From assembly GCA_963829705.1 (NCBI GenBank), contig CAWHJN010000002.1:162954-226953 (forward strand): a DNA stretch of 64,000 nucleotides, read 5' to 3'. The position numbers and the translations under genes are program-made. The notes beneath the pieces are model-generated. The model was not told where the DNA came from, ran no database searches, and worked only from the letters and a program-made list of their open reading frames with translations. Shown one piece after another: positions 54,338 through 63,598 of this stretch. The DNA comes from Rhodothermales bacterium. GTDB taxonomy: Bacteria > Bacteroidota > Rhodothermia > Rhodothermales > BA12. The number at the start of each line of letters is the position of its first letter. Position 1 is the stretch's first letter.

Positions 54338-57046
54338 ATGACGCAGCCCTTTTCTCCCGCCACCGCCGTCTCCGAACCCCTGGCCGACGCCGTGGACCTG
54401 CTGGGGCGATTGCTCGGCGACGCCATCCGCGCGCACAGCGGCGAAAGAGTCTATCAGACGACCGAGACGCTGCGTGGCCTGTGCAAGGACGAGAAGCTGG
54501 ACGAGGCCGCCGCCGTCGTCGCGGGCTGCGACGCGGACACGCTGACGGCGCTCTTGCGGGCGTACACGACGTTCTTCCACCTCGTCAACCAGGCCGAGAA
54601 GGTCGAAATTCTCCGCATCAACCGGGCGCGTGCCCTCGCCGCGCAGAAACCCCGCCCCGACTCCGTCGACGAGGCCGTGGGCCGGATGAAAGCCGATGGG
54701 CTGACGCTCGGCGCCGTGCGCGAGGTGCTCCAGAACCTCGACCTCCAGCCCACGCTGACGGCGCACCCGACGGAGGCACGGCGGCGCTCGATCCTCTACA
54801 AACAGCAGCACATCGGCGAGAAGCTGGCGCGGTTGCAGAGCGGAGACACCACCGAGGCCGAGCGCCGCGACGCCGAAGACGACATTGCCCGGCAGATCGC
54901 CCTGCTGCTCGTCACCGACGAGGTCCGCAGCGCCCGCCCGTCGGTGCTCGACGAGGTGGATCAGGGGCTGTTCTTCCTCGGCGGCACCATCTGGCAGACC
55001 ATCCCCACGCTCTACGCCGACGTGCGCCGCGCCATCGAGACGCACTACGGCGAGACAGTGGACGTGCCGCCGTTTCTGAAATACCGCTCGTGGATCGGCG
55101 GCGACCGCGACGGCAACCCCAACGTCACCGCCGAGGTCACGCGCGAGACGTTCCGGCGGCACCGCCTCGTGGCCGCCCACCTCATGCGCGACGAACTGCG
55201 CTGGCTGCGCCGGTCGCTGAGCGTGTCGGAGGCACAGGTGGACGGCTTCCCGCCTGCCCTCTACGCATCCATCGAACGCGACGCCGCGCAGTTTCCGCTG
55301 GACGACGTGCTCGTGCGCTCTTTCGAGCGCGAGCCGCTGCGCCTGAAGCTGTCGTACATGATGGCCCGCCTCGACGCCTTCACCGACAATCCGGCGGTGT
55401 ATTCCGGCGACGCGCTGCGCGCCGACCTGGGGCTGATCCACGACGCCCTCGAACACGTCGGGCTGCCGTCGGTGGCGCGGGCGGGGCGCGTGGCGCGCGT
55501 GATGGCGCTCGCCGGTTCGTTCGGATTGCACCTCGCCGCGCTCGACATCCGGCAGCACAGCCGCGTCCACGAGGCCGCCGTCGCCGAACTCCTGAAGCGC
55601 GGCGGCGTCGCGGACGACTATGCTTCCCTCGACGAATCTGCCCGGCTCGACGTGCTCCACGCCGAACTCCGCAACCCGCGCCCGCTCGTCGGCCCAGACG
55701 TGACGCTGGAGAGCGCTGCCGACCTCGTCGCCACGCTGCGGCTGTTCAAAGAGCAGATCGCCCGCGACCCGGCGAGCGTCGGCAGCTACGTCATCTCGAT
55801 GACCGACAGCGTCTCAGACGTGCTCGAAGTGCTGCTGCTGCTCAAAGAAGTCGGCCTGTGGCACTTCGACGGCCAGGCCGTCACCTCGGCCATCGACGTG
55901 GCCCCGCTGTTCGAGACCATCGACGACCTCGCCCGGTCGCGCGCGCTCACGGCGGCGATGTTCGACGACCCGGTCTACGCACACCACCTCGAAGCGCGTG
56001 GGCGGTTTCAGGAGATCATGCTGGGCTACTCGGATTCCAACAAAGACGGCGGCTACTGGATGGCCAACTGGAGCCTGCACCAGGCGCAGGCCGACCTGGG
56101 CAGCGTGTGCCAGGAGCGCGGCGTGCGGCTGCGGCTTTTCCACGGGCGCGGCGGCACCGTCGGGCGCGGCGGTGGGCGCGCCAACCAGGCCATCCTCGCA
56201 CTGCCGCCGGAAGTCCACAACGGCGCGATCCGCTTTACCGAGCAGGGCGAGGTGATCTCGTTCCGCTACGGCAGCGCAGGCATCGCGCACCGCCACCTGG
56301 AACAGGTCGTGAGCGCGTTGATGCTGGGCACGGCGGGCCGATCGGATGCCGAGCACACCGGCGGCGCGGCCCCCATCGTCGCGCAGATCGCGGACACGTC
56401 GATGCAGGCGTACCGCGACATGATCGACAGTCCCGAGTTCTGGCCGTGGTACCAGCAGGTCACGCCCATCCAGGGCATCGGCGGGCTGCCGATTGCGTCG
56501 CGCCCGATTTCGCGCGGCACGCAGGGGCCCAATCCGTTCGACAGCCTGCGCGCGATCCCGTGGGTGTTCGCGTGGACGCAGACGCGCTACACCGTGCCCG
56601 GCTGGTACGGCACCGGCGCGGCGCTCGGCGAGGCGCTCGAAAACGCCGACACGGTGGCAACGCTGCGCGAGGCGTACGAGAAATGGCCGTTCCTGCGCGC
56701 CGTGGTGGACAACGCCGCCCGCGAGATGGCCCGCGCCCGCTTCGTCATCGCGCGCCGCTACGACCGCTTTGCGACGGGCGAATCGTTCCACGCCCGCATC
56801 CGCGCCGACTTCGACGCCGCCGCCGACGCCATCGAGCAGGTCCGGGGCAAAAAACCCCTCAGCGGCTCGCCCGTCATCGCCCGCTCCATCGCGCTGCGAA
56901 ACCCGTACACCGACGTGCTCAACCTCATTCAGATCGAGCTCATGCGCCGCCTGCACGACGCGCCCGAGGACGACCAGAAGGCGCTGCTGCCCGTGCTCTT
57001 CCTCAGCGTCAATGGCATCGCCGCCGCCATGCAGAGCACGGGGTGA
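54338..57046 (+). CDS. ppc: phosphoenolpyruvate carboxylase
   Basis: 902 aa. LTAHPTEARRRS, FHGRGGTVGRGGG and the C-terminal ...NGIAAAMQSTG are PEPC hallmarks. Confidence 0.95.
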   Translation: MTQPFSPATAVSEPLADAVDLLGRLLGDAIRAHSGERVYQTTETLRGLCKDEKLDEAAAVVAGCDADTLTALLRAYTTFFHLVNQAEKVEILRINRARALAAQKPRPDSVDEAVGRMKADGLTLGAVREVLQNLDLQPTLTAHPTEARRRSILYKQQHIGEKLARLQSGDTTEAERRDAEDDIARQIALLLVTDEVRSARPSVLDEVDQGLFFLGGTIWQTIPTLYADVRRAIETHYGETVDVPPFLKYRSWIGGDRDGNPNVTAEVTRETFRRHRLVAAHLMRDELRWLRRSLSVSEAQVDGFPPALYASIERDAAQFPLDDVLVRSFEREPLRLKLSYMMARLDAFTDNPAVYSGDALRADLGLIHDALEHVGLPSVARAGRVARVMALAGSFGLHLAALDIRQHSRVHEAAVAELLKRGGVADDYASLDESARLDVLHAELRNPRPLVGPDVTLESAADLVATLRLFKEQIARDPASVGSYVISMTDSVSDVLEVLLLLKEVGLWHFDGQAVTSAIDVAPLFETIDDLARSRALTAAMFDDPVYAHHLEARGRFQEIMLGYSDSNKDGGYWMANWSLHQAQADLGSVCQERGVRLRLFHGRGGTVGRGGGRANQAILALPPEVHNGAIRFTEQGEVISFRYGSAGIAHRHLEQVVSALMLGTAGRSDAEHTGGAAPIVAQIADTSMQAYRDMIDSPEFWPWYQQVTPIQGIGGLPIASRPISRGTQGPNPFDSLRAIPWVFAWTQTRYTVPGWYGTGAALGEALENADTVATLREAYEKWPFLRAVVDNAAREMARARFVIARRYDRFATGESFHARIRADFDAAADAIEQVRGKKPLSGSPVIARSIALRNPYTDVLNLIQIELMRRLHDAPEDDQKALLPVLFLSVNGIAAAMQSTG
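56985..57044 (+). repeat. left copy of a 60-bp direct repeat (last 20 codons of ppc)
   Basis: tgctgcccgtgctcttcctcagcgtcaaTggcatcgccgcCgccatgcagagcacggggt recurs at 58863-58922 with 2 mismatches. Confidence 0.95.
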
Positions 57047-57148
57047 GCGCACCCCGTAGATGAGAGCACTGCCTGAAAACAGGTTATACGACGCGCCCAG
57101 GGCTATGCGCTACCGGCGCTACACGTTATCACCTCCCACTGCCTCGCC

Positions 57149-57382
57149 TCAGGCTTCGACTGTGACGTTTCCGGCCGCCAGCGCCTTCACGTCCTCTGTG
57201 GTGAGGGCATTGCCTGCGATGCCCCAATCGCCGCTTTTGATTTCTTCGAGCACCACCCACGTCACAGGACGCAGGTTCTCGCCTTCAATCGACACCATCG
57301 TGTCGGTGAGTTTGCGCACCATCTCTTGCTTCTGCTCGGATGTGAATACGCCTTCGATGAGTTTAACATTTACGAAAGGCAT
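57149..57382 (-). CDS. 4-oxalocrotonate tautomerase family protein
   Basis: I chose the start at MPFVNVKLIEG, which puts the catalytic Pro next to the initiator Met. The protein is about 77 aa. Confidence 0.75.
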   Translation of the reverse strand: MPFVNVKLIEGVFTSEQKQEMVRKLTDTMVSIEGENLRPVTWVVLEEIKSGDWGIAGNALTTEDVKALAAGNVTVEA

Positions 57383-57621
57383 GATTTCCTCCATTCAATC
57401 GTGTGAGTTGCGATGGCTTTCCAGTACACGCTGCAACCCGGAGCGCGTGCTGAATAGTGCGATACGGATACACGGGAGTACGTAGACATTCCGCCTTTAC
57501 GTGTCGCTTCCACACAATAGGCGAAACAGACACTATCTGCATGGGACCCGTGGCTCAACTTGAAGCCTCTTTGGGCCGGTGCATGTGCCAAACGTGGGAC
57601 ACGTGCCCCACGTCTCACTCG

Positions 57622-58719
57622 CTACGCAGGGTTTCGACCGAAGCCTGCTTCCCGCGCCCGCACGACGACCTCTGCACGGTGGGTGGCCTCCAGCTTTTCA
57701 AAAAGATGCGTGACGTGGTTGCGCACCGTCTTGGGACTGATAAAAAGCTGATCGGCGATCTGGCCGTTGCTGAGCCCCCGCGCCACCAGATCGAGCACCT
57801 GGCGCTCGCGTGGTGTCAGGTGTGCAAAGAAAGTCGTGGTAGGCACCTCCGAGGTTGCACTACCCAGAAACCAGCGCACTTCGTCCAGAAACTGGCTCCA
57901 GGCAGGCTCTTCTTCCAGCAAGATGTGGTTTCTACTCTCGAGCGGTACGAAACGGGCACCGGGGATGAGGGCAGCCAGCAATCTGCCTTCTTCAAAGGGG
58001 ATGGCGGCATCGCGACGGGCGTGCAGCACGAGCGTCGAAGCCTTGACCCTTGGAGCCAAATGGGTTACGTCGATGTGGTAAAGCGCACGTTCCATACGTG
58101 CGGCGCTTTCAGGCGACGCCGAGAGGCGCGCCAGTTCGTTCAGCCATTGCATCTGCTCGGCACTTGCATCCGGCATCAGGTGGGTCGAGAAGAGCTGCCG
58201 GAAGGCAGGGTTTTCCTGCCCCCAACCTACCCGGATGGCGTTGATCATCGTTTCGGCCTCTACCCGTTGCAGCGGCGACGGATTGCGGTTGAGCCGCCCC
58301 CGCGCATAGCCGCCGTACAGGATGAGATGCGTGACCTTCTCAGGGTGCTTGGCTGCGTACGCCACGCAGATGGACGCCCCCTGCGAGATGCCTAGCAGTG
58401 CAAACCGCTCCAGCTTCACGTCCTCGATGACGGCTTCGAGATCTCGAAGCCAGGCCTCCATGGAAAACTCCTGGACCTCCCGGTCGGAAAGACCACAGCC
58501 GCGCTCGTCGTATCGGACCAACGTATGTCCCGCACTCAGCTCCCGCAACCAGTGCTGCCACACGGGACCTTGCCAGTCCTGTTCGAGATGCGTGAGGTAG
58601 TTGGCCGCCTTAACCAAAGGATTCCCTTCGCCGGAGATGGCGTAGGCGAGCCGAACGCCGTCAGGCGCATTACAGATATGTACCTGCTGGCGTGGTTGCC
58701 CCATCTTCCGTCTCTTCAT
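57622..58719 (-). CDS. alpha/beta hydrolase fused to a LuxR-type HTH transcriptional regulator
   Basis: 365 aa. The N-terminal hydrolase fold has a nucleophile elbow (LLGISQGA). The C-terminus LTPRERQVLDLVARGLSNGQIADQLFISPKTVRNHVTHLFEKL is a LuxR/GerE HTH. Confidence 0.8.
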   Translation of the reverse strand: MKRRKMGQPRQQVHICNAPDGVRLAYAISGEGNPLVKAANYLTHLEQDWQGPVWQHWLRELSAGHTLVRYDERGCGLSDREVQEFSMEAWLRDLEAVIEDVKLERFALLGISQGASICVAYAAKHPEKVTHLILYGGYARGRLNRNPSPLQRVEAETMINAIRVGWGQENPAFRQLFSTHLMPDASAEQMQWLNELARLSASPESAARMERALYHIDVTHLAPRVKASTLVLHARRDAAIPFEEGRLLAALIPGARFVPLESRNHILLEEEPAWSQFLDEVRWFLGSATSEVPTTTFFAHLTPRERQVLDLVARGLSNGQIADQLFISPKTVRNHVTHLFEKLEATHRAEVVVRAREAGFGRNPA

Positions 58720-58862
58720 GCCGTGTGCCGCGACACATTCTACTTTCAGACAGCAGACAGGTCAAGCCTGATCGTATGGGACGAACACCGCGGCAACTGC
58801 ACGCTTCTCTCTGGCACCCCGCTGCTATGCGGGGCTATAAGGCCCTAGGGGCGAAATGGAGG

Positions 58863-58922
58863 TGCTGCCCGTGCTCTTCCTCAGCGTCAACGGCATCGCC
58901 GCTGCCATGCAGAGCACGGGGT
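58863..58922 (+). repeat. right copy of the 60-bp ppc 3'-end repeat (orphan gene tail ending in TAG)
   Basis: 58/60 identical to 56985-57044. Both differences are synonymous third positions (aat/aac, gcc/gct). It reads ...LPVLFLSVNGIAAAMQSTG*. Confidence 0.95.
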
Positions 58923-58960
58923 AGAGACGCCGCGCCGTTTTCCTCTACGCACGTCCAGCA

Positions 58961-58997
58961 GGGCGGCATGGACGCTGGCTCCATGCCGCCCTTTTTT
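58961..58997 (+). terminator. strong intrinsic terminator following the orphan ppc tail
   Basis: GGGCGGCAUGG (58961-58971) pairs with CCAUGCCGCCC (58981-58991), followed by U6 (58992-58997). Confidence 0.85.
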
Positions 58998-59133
58998 CGC
59001 CTGGCGCGTGGAGAACGCACGATCTGTACGCCGTGGGTTCAGGACGGCACCGACCCGACCGATACCCTTCTCGTCTTTGCCGTGGCGCTGCGGGCGCGTG
59101 CGGATCCCGTTTCTCTTTCCCCTTTTTCCGCTC

Positions 59134-60186
59134 ATGCGCCTCGCCGTACTGCTCCTCGTCGTCTTCTTTGCCGCTCCGCTGTCCTTCGCGCAGACGGGCA
59201 CCTTCACCTTCAGCACGTCACCCGAAAAAGACCTCGACAACGGAGTGAATGCCGTCACCGAAATCGTAGGCGGTGTTACACTGACCGTCACGGCGACGGG
59301 CCAGGGGGCCGCTTCGCTGGCCGCCTGGGATTACAGCGGATGGAAAGGCATGAACGGGTACTGCGTGGCAGACAACGACCCCGTAAACAGCCTCATTCTC
59401 ACGTTCAGCAACCCCGTCAACGTGTCGAGCCTGCGCTTTGCGGACGGCTCCGCCAACGGCAGTACGGGGACTTTCGTGTTCACCCCGAACGTGGGCACGG
59501 CCTTCACGGCAACCGACAACGGCAGCGGCATGACAGTGGTACCGGCAGGTGGCTTCGCCGGCATCACGATGCTCACCATCACCCGGCAGGACGGCACGGC
59601 GTTCTACTTTGCGCTCGACGATGTGACGATGGACGCCTCACTGCCGGTCGAACTGACGGGCTTCACTGCCGCCGCCGATGGCTCGGACGCCGTGCTCCGC
59701 TGGGAGACGGCCTCGGAAACCAACAACGTGGGCTTCGAGGTGCAGATGGATGCCGGCGCGGGCTTCGCCCCGCTCGGCTTCGTCGCGGGCGCGGGCACGT
59801 CACTCGAAGGCCAGCGCTACAGCTACCGCACCGCCGGCCTCGCGCCGGGCACCTACACCTTCCGCCTCCGGCAGGTCGATTTCGACGGCGCGTTTGCGTT
59901 CAGCCCTGCTGTCGAGCTTTCCGTGGCTCCGCAAGGCTATGCTCTGCTCGCGCCTTCGACCTTTGCCGACCTCGCCGAGGTGCAGCTTTCGGTCGAGCGC
60001 GGGCAGCACGTGCGCGCGAGCCTGTACGACCTGCTGGGCCGCGAAGTCCAGGTGCTGCACAGCGGAGCCGTCGAGGGCACCACACGCCTGTCGCTCGGCG
60101 GCGCGGCGCTGCCATCAGGCGTCTACTTCGTGCGCGTGACAGGCGAAACGTTTACGGCTACGCGCCAGATCGTCCGCGTCCGCTGA
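59134..60186 (+). CDS. secreted protein with a T9SS C-terminal sorting domain
   Basis: Signal peptide MRLAVLLLVVFFAAPLSFAQ. The C-terminus ...ASLYDLLGREVQVL...LPSGVYFVRVTGETFTATRQIVRVR is Por/T9SS-like. I did not recognise the middle domains. Confidence 0.75.
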   Translation: MRLAVLLLVVFFAAPLSFAQTGTFTFSTSPEKDLDNGVNAVTEIVGGVTLTVTATGQGAASLAAWDYSGWKGMNGYCVADNDPVNSLILTFSNPVNVSSLRFADGSANGSTGTFVFTPNVGTAFTATDNGSGMTVVPAGGFAGITMLTITRQDGTAFYFALDDVTMDASLPVELTGFTAAADGSDAVLRWETASETNNVGFEVQMDAGAGFAPLGFVAGAGTSLEGQRYSYRTAGLAPGTYTFRLRQVDFDGAFAFSPAVELSVAPQGYALLAPSTFADLAEVQLSVERGQHVRASLYDLLGREVQVLHSGAVEGTTRLSLGGAALPSGVYFVRVTGETFTATRQIVRVR

Positions 60187-60295
60187 CCGGGCCTTCGTGA
60201 GTCGGAAGGCAGACGTTGGACGTCGCGGTTCCACGCGGGGCATGCCGCGGCACACCCCTACTTCGCACTTCCGAATCCCGAAATCTCACTTTACC

Positions 60296-61162
60296 CTATA
60301 CCTTCCGCAGCCGCGCCTCGCGCACCAGCGTGGGCCAGTCGAAGCCAGGATGGAGGTCGGTTTTGTCGGCGCGTAGCTGGTGGTGGCCGAGGATGCCGGT
60401 GAACGAGTAAAGGTCGCGGCTGAACGAATCGTGGTCTTTCGGCGTCTTGCGCGGGATCGAGAACGTGTCGCACAGGTGATCGACGAGGCGGATGACGCTC
60501 TGGAGTTGCGGCGTGGCGTAGGCGGCGTAGTGCTGGTACGAGCGCCATTTTTTGCCCGCGTCGAACACCTCGCCCCGGTAGCGGCACGAGTCGGCGATCT
60601 TGTCGAACGAGTAGAAATTGTTGTCGGTGTGCTTGATGAGCCCGCCTTCGGAGGCCATCTCGATGCCGATGGAGCGCTTGTCGATGGAGCCGTTGGTGCC
60701 CTTCACGCCCAGGTGGAAGGCCCAGTCGCGCGGGTCGAAGACCTCGTAGATCGTCCCGTCGCGCTCGACGATGTAGGCCGTGGCGATGCGGCCCGCGCTC
60801 TCCTGCCACCACCGGAACGTGCTCTTGGCCGAGCCGCCCGCCGTGTGGTGCAACACGATGAGGTCTTTAGGAAAGCGCTGTTGCAGATACTCCGATGACG
60901 ACAGCCGCAGCGTCGTGTCGACGATGAGCGCCTCGGGCGCGTCGGCATCGATGGGCGCGGGCGTGGCGTTCTCCCGGATGGCGCGCATCGTCACGGGGCC
61001 GACGAGGCCATCGGGCAGGAGGCCGCGCGAGGTCTGGTAGGCGATGACGGCGGCTTCCGTCGCCGCGCCGAACTCGCCGTCGGCGTCGAAGCCGAGGGCG
61101 CGCAGGTGTTGTTGGAGTTCGGCGACGTCGGGGCCGCTCGATCCTTTCTTGAGCAGGGACAT
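60296..61162 (-). CDS. N-acetylmuramoyl-L-alanine amidase (Amidase_2/PGRP type) with an N-terminal peptidoglycan-binding domain
   Basis: Start at MSLLKKGSSGPDVAELQQHLRALGFDADGEFGAATEAAVIAYQ (PG_binding_1). LIVLHHTAGG and IGIEMAS are amidase_2-like. Confidence 0.8.
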   Translation of the reverse strand: MSLLKKGSSGPDVAELQQHLRALGFDADGEFGAATEAAVIAYQTSRGLLPDGLVGPVTMRAIRENATPAPIDADAPEALIVDTTLRLSSSEYLQQRFPKDLIVLHHTAGGSAKSTFRWWQESAGRIATAYIVERDGTIYEVFDPRDWAFHLGVKGTNGSIDKRSIGIEMASEGGLIKHTDNNFYSFDKIADSCRYRGEVFDAGKKWRSYQHYAAYATPQLQSVIRLVDHLCDTFSIPRKTPKDHDSFSRDLYSFTGILGHHQLRADKTDLHPGFDWPTLVREARLRKV

Positions 61163-61274
61163 GGCAGGTAGGGGCTGAGTTACCCAAGCGTACAGCACGC
61201 GCGGTTCAGGCGCAAGCAGCGGTGCAGCCTCGGCCAGGGTTACCTTTGCCATTCTCCAACCCCGGCCTCCTCGT

Positions 61275-62426
61275 ATGCGCTTCTTGCTCGCCACCTGCCT
61301 CGCCGTGCTGCTCGCCCCGTCGGTGGCGGCGCAGTCCTCCCCGTCCACCCGCCCGGCGGAGCGCCCGCGCGCCCGCGCCCTCGGCGTCGCGCCCGGCGTT
61401 CTCTCGCCCGGCCCTCACAACGCCATCACCGACGTGGCCGGGGTACGCGTGGGGCAGGTCACGCTCGTCGAAGGCACGTCCGTTCACACCGGCGTGACGG
61501 CGGTGCTGCCGCACGGCGGCAACCTGTACCGCGACAAAGTGCCCGCGGGCGTGGCGGTGGCCAACGGCTACGGCAAGCTGATGGGGACGACGCAGATCCA
61601 CGAACTCGGCGAGATCGAGACGCCCATCGTGCTCACCAACACACTCTCGGTGCCCGAAGCCGCCTCGGCACTCGTCGGGTGGACGCTGGCGCAGCCTGGC
61701 AACGAGGCCGTCCGCAGCGTCAACGCCATCGTGGGCGAAACCAACGACGGCTTCCTCAACGACATCCGCGCGCGGACCGTCCGGCCGGAGCACGTGCTGG
61801 AAGCCCTCGCGCATGCCGCCGAGGGTCCCGTCGAGGAGGGCGCCGTGGGGGCGGGCGCAGGCACGGTGGCCTTCGGGTGGAAAGGCGGCATCGGGACGAG
61901 TTCGCGGCTGCTGCCGCGCTCGCTGGGCGGCTACACCGTCGGGGTGCTCGTGCAGACGAACTACGGCGGCATCCTACAGATCGACGGCGTACCCGTGGGC
62001 GAGGCGCTGGGGCAGTACTACCTGCGCGAAACGCTCGACAACGGCGACGCCGACGGCTCCATCATGATCGTCGTGGCGACAGACGCGCCGCTGTCGGATC
62101 GCAACCTGGAACGCCTCGCCTACCGGGCGCTGCTGGCGGTGGCACGCACGGGCTCACCGATCACCAACGGCAGCGGCGACTACGCCATCGCCTTTTCGAG
62201 CGCCGCGTCGGTCCGCCGCACGCCCGAACGCCGCGACGGTGTGGCCGCCTACGAGGAACTCGCCAACGAGAACATGTCGCCGCTCTTCCAGGCTGCCGTC
62301 GAGGCCACCGAGGAGGCCATCTACAACTCCCTCTTCGCGGCCACTACCACCGCCGGCCACCGCGGCACCGCCGAGGCGTTGCCCCTCGACGAGGTCACCC
62401 GGCTGCTGCGCGCATCCCGCCGGTGA
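61275..62426 (+). CDS. P1 (DmpA/S58) family aminopeptidase
   Basis: 383 aa with a signal peptide. GVRVGQVTL, VGETNDGFLNDI and GWKGGIGTSS (autoprocessing-site region) are present. Confidence 0.8.
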   Translation: MRFLLATCLAVLLAPSVAAQSSPSTRPAERPRARALGVAPGVLSPGPHNAITDVAGVRVGQVTLVEGTSVHTGVTAVLPHGGNLYRDKVPAGVAVANGYGKLMGTTQIHELGEIETPIVLTNTLSVPEAASALVGWTLAQPGNEAVRSVNAIVGETNDGFLNDIRARTVRPEHVLEALAHAAEGPVEEGAVGAGAGTVAFGWKGGIGTSSRLLPRSLGGYTVGVLVQTNYGGILQIDGVPVGEALGQYYLRETLDNGDADGSIMIVVATDAPLSDRNLERLAYRALLAVARTGSPITNGSGDYAIAFSSAASVRRTPERRDGVAAYEELANENMSPLFQAAVEATEEAIYNSLFAATTTAGHRGTAEALPLDEVTRLLRASRR

Positions 62427-62558
62427 GGTCGGGATGCGGAACGCGCTACCGCCCTCCCCGACCGCCATGCTGCCTGCCCCGCTCTGCACACAGGGTGACG
62501 GGTTCACAAGGCGGAAGCGATTCTCGCACCTCCCACTTCCAACTTCTGACCTTCACCC

Positions 62559-63491
62559 TCACTCGACGGGCCGCCACGGGTCGTCCGGGTTGAAATGCTC
62601 GTAGACGGCGCGGGAGACCTGACGGATGAGGCGGTAGCCTTCGCTCGTGAGCGCGTAGCTCGTGTCGCGCTGGTTTTTGGTGATGACGGCGAGCACGTAG
62701 TCGCCCGAGGGCGCGTTGACGAGCAGCACCTCGGAGCGTGAGCGGTCTACGAAGCCCTGCTTCGAAGCGGCCTGCACCGTCGGCGGGATCTGCGACAGCG
62801 CCGCGCCCTGCCAGTAGCTCTTCGTCAGCAAACGGTACATCTGCTCGTCTGCCTGCGGGTTCACCGCCCGGCCCTCGCGGATCCGCACGAAGAGGTCGGC
62901 CATCTCGCGCGGCGTCGTCTGTCCCCATCCGTAGATCGCCCCCGAGGCCTCGCGCCCCGGCGTCCGCGCGTTGAGGCGGGTGTGGACGAATCCGTGAGCG
63001 TCGAGCCAGGCGTTGACCTCCGCGCCGCCCACGAGGCCCTGAATCCAGAGGCTCGCCACGTTGTCGCTCACCGAGAGCATCAGAAAGACGAGTTCGGAGA
63101 GCGGCAGCGTGTCGCCGGGCACCATGTAGCCCGCCACGTCGGTGGTCTCGACGTACTTGTAGTGCAGCGCCTCCGGGTACGTCAGCACCGCATCGAGGTC
63201 GTGCAGGCCGCGCGCCGTCTGGTCGAAGAGCGTGGCCAGGATGGGCACCTTGATGAGGCTGGCCGTCGGGAAGAGCGTGTCGGCGTGGACTTCAGCGGTG
63301 GCCCCCGTGGGCAGGTGGCGCACGTAGACACCCGCCACGCCGCCGAAGCCGTCGAGGAGACGCGCGAGGCGATCCGTCAGCACGGTGTCAGCGAATCCAC
63401 CCGGTCGGATCTCCTGCGCGCGGACGGGCGCGGCGAGGGCGACGAGCAGCAGGAGCGCGAGCGGCGCGTGACGCGGCAGACGGACAGGCAT
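62559..63491 (-). CDS. class A beta-lactamase-related serine hydrolase
   Basis: 310 aa with a signal peptide. The SxxK motif is in PTASLIKVPIL, the SDN motif is in LSVSDNVAS, and a KxG-like region is present. Confidence 0.75.
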   Translation of the reverse strand: MPVRLPRHAPLALLLLVALAAPVRAQEIRPGGFADTVLTDRLARLLDGFGGVAGVYVRHLPTGATAEVHADTLFPTASLIKVPILATLFDQTARGLHDLDAVLTYPEALHYKYVETTDVAGYMVPGDTLPLSELVFLMLSVSDNVASLWIQGLVGGAEVNAWLDAHGFVHTRLNARTPGREASGAIYGWGQTTPREMADLFVRIREGRAVNPQADEQMYRLLTKSYWQGAALSQIPPTVQAASKQGFVDRSRSEVLLVNAPSGDYVLAVITKNQRDTSYALTSEGYRLIRQVSRAVYEHFNPDDPWRPVE

Positions 63492-63598
63492 GGCAGGCGG
63501 AGGGTACGTGCTATGGAAGCGGATCTGCGGTGTTCGAGCCCCGCCGCCCGACGCGGCGAACCTCCCAATCTACACGACGCCGGGCCGCGCTGCCGATG

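Larger units (their letters stand above)
57045..58862. mobile_element. putative inserted islet (tautomerase + hydrolase-LuxR) bounded by the ppc 3'-end duplication; no recombinase gene
   Basis: It is flanked by the 60-bp direct repeats. G+C is lower than in ppc: hand counts of 60-nt lines give 24/60 (57361-57420), 36/60 (57061-57120) and 34/60 (58021-58080), against 43/60 in ppc (56941-57000). Both genes are on the strand opposite to ppc. Confidence 0.4.

Noticed and set aside
54169-57063. A very long alternative-frame ORF (964 aa) overlapping ppc. Similar long shadow ORFs include 1460-2875 (+), 7034-8470 (+), 19592-21712 (+), 24356-25879 (-), 27891-30581 (+), 36305-38041 (-), 41482-43104 (-), 43728-45743 (+) and 52399-54093 (-).
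   Set aside because: Their translations are Arg/Ala/Pro/Gly-rich with no motifs. Each overlaps a gene with strong family signatures in another frame or strand. This is typical stop-codon-poor shadow framing in about 70% GC DNA.
60296-61162. The amidase_2 + PG-binding protein as a prophage endolysin.
   Set aside because: I recognised no holin, portal, terminase, tail or integrase genes nearby. The neighbours are other cell-wall or peptide hydrolases. A housekeeping or remnant origin is equally likely.
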